Source: a virus
Taxonomy: Duplodnaviria > Caudoviricetes
IMG/VR virus record: IMGVR_UViG_3300028822_000225
Location: 1 to 55,818 of that record
Direction: 5' to 3' (one strand)
DNA length: 55,818 nucleotides
The notes below the pieces were generated by a model. That model ran no database searches and was not told the origin of the DNA. It saw nothing but the letters and a program-made list of their open reading frames with translations. This document shows positions 55,725 to 55,818 of this stretch, in pieces. The position numbers and the translations under genes were made by a program. The stretch's first letter is position 1. Every line of letters starts with the position of its first letter.

Positions 55725-55818
55725 ATAAAGAAAAAACAAAAAAACTTTATTTAAGAGAACTAAAGATACCCAGAAAATTTACTTATGATGTTTCTTTAGA
55801 TATAATTGAAAAAGATTA
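55675..55818. repeat. Terminal direct repeat, copy 2
   Basis: Identical to 1..144. Confidence 0.97.

Overview
This window is most likely the complete, circularly assembled genome (55,674 bp plus a 144-bp end overlap, 1..144 = 55675..55818) of an AT-rich tailed dsDNA virus with siphovirus-like gene order. The host is probably an archaeon, plausibly DPANN. This is inferred from TATA boxes about 22 nt before ATGs, an Hjc-like resolvase, a DUF2080-like protein, wHTH, SWIM and C2H2 proteins, sequon-rich exported proteins, and no recognisable peptidoglycan hydrolase. The minus-strand block at 12.9-41.0 kb carries terminase, portal, protease/scaffold, capsid, neck and tail genes, with three giant signal-peptide or TM-anchored proteins embedded among them. 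Plus-strand blocks hold small early genes (41.6-48.5 kb) and a cassette-like accessory array running across the origin (49.6 kb to 8.5 kb). That array contains a C5 DNA methyltransferase and a glycan synthesis, sulfation and methylation set. Two tRNAs lie at 12.6-12.75 kb. I recognise no polymerase, helicase, integrase, reverse transcriptase or CRISPR array. The strongest new signals are four. (1) The methyltransferase sits between two related branched hairpin sites with GNA triloops whose outer arms appear swapped, as expected for a site-specifically integrated single-gene cassette. (2) A 24-nt gene-junction motif occurs ten times in the accessory array. (3) There are two copies of a bulged stem with a variable loop. 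(4) Exported glycoprotein-like giants lie inside the head-tail module. All protein calls are by motif recognition only; no searches were run.
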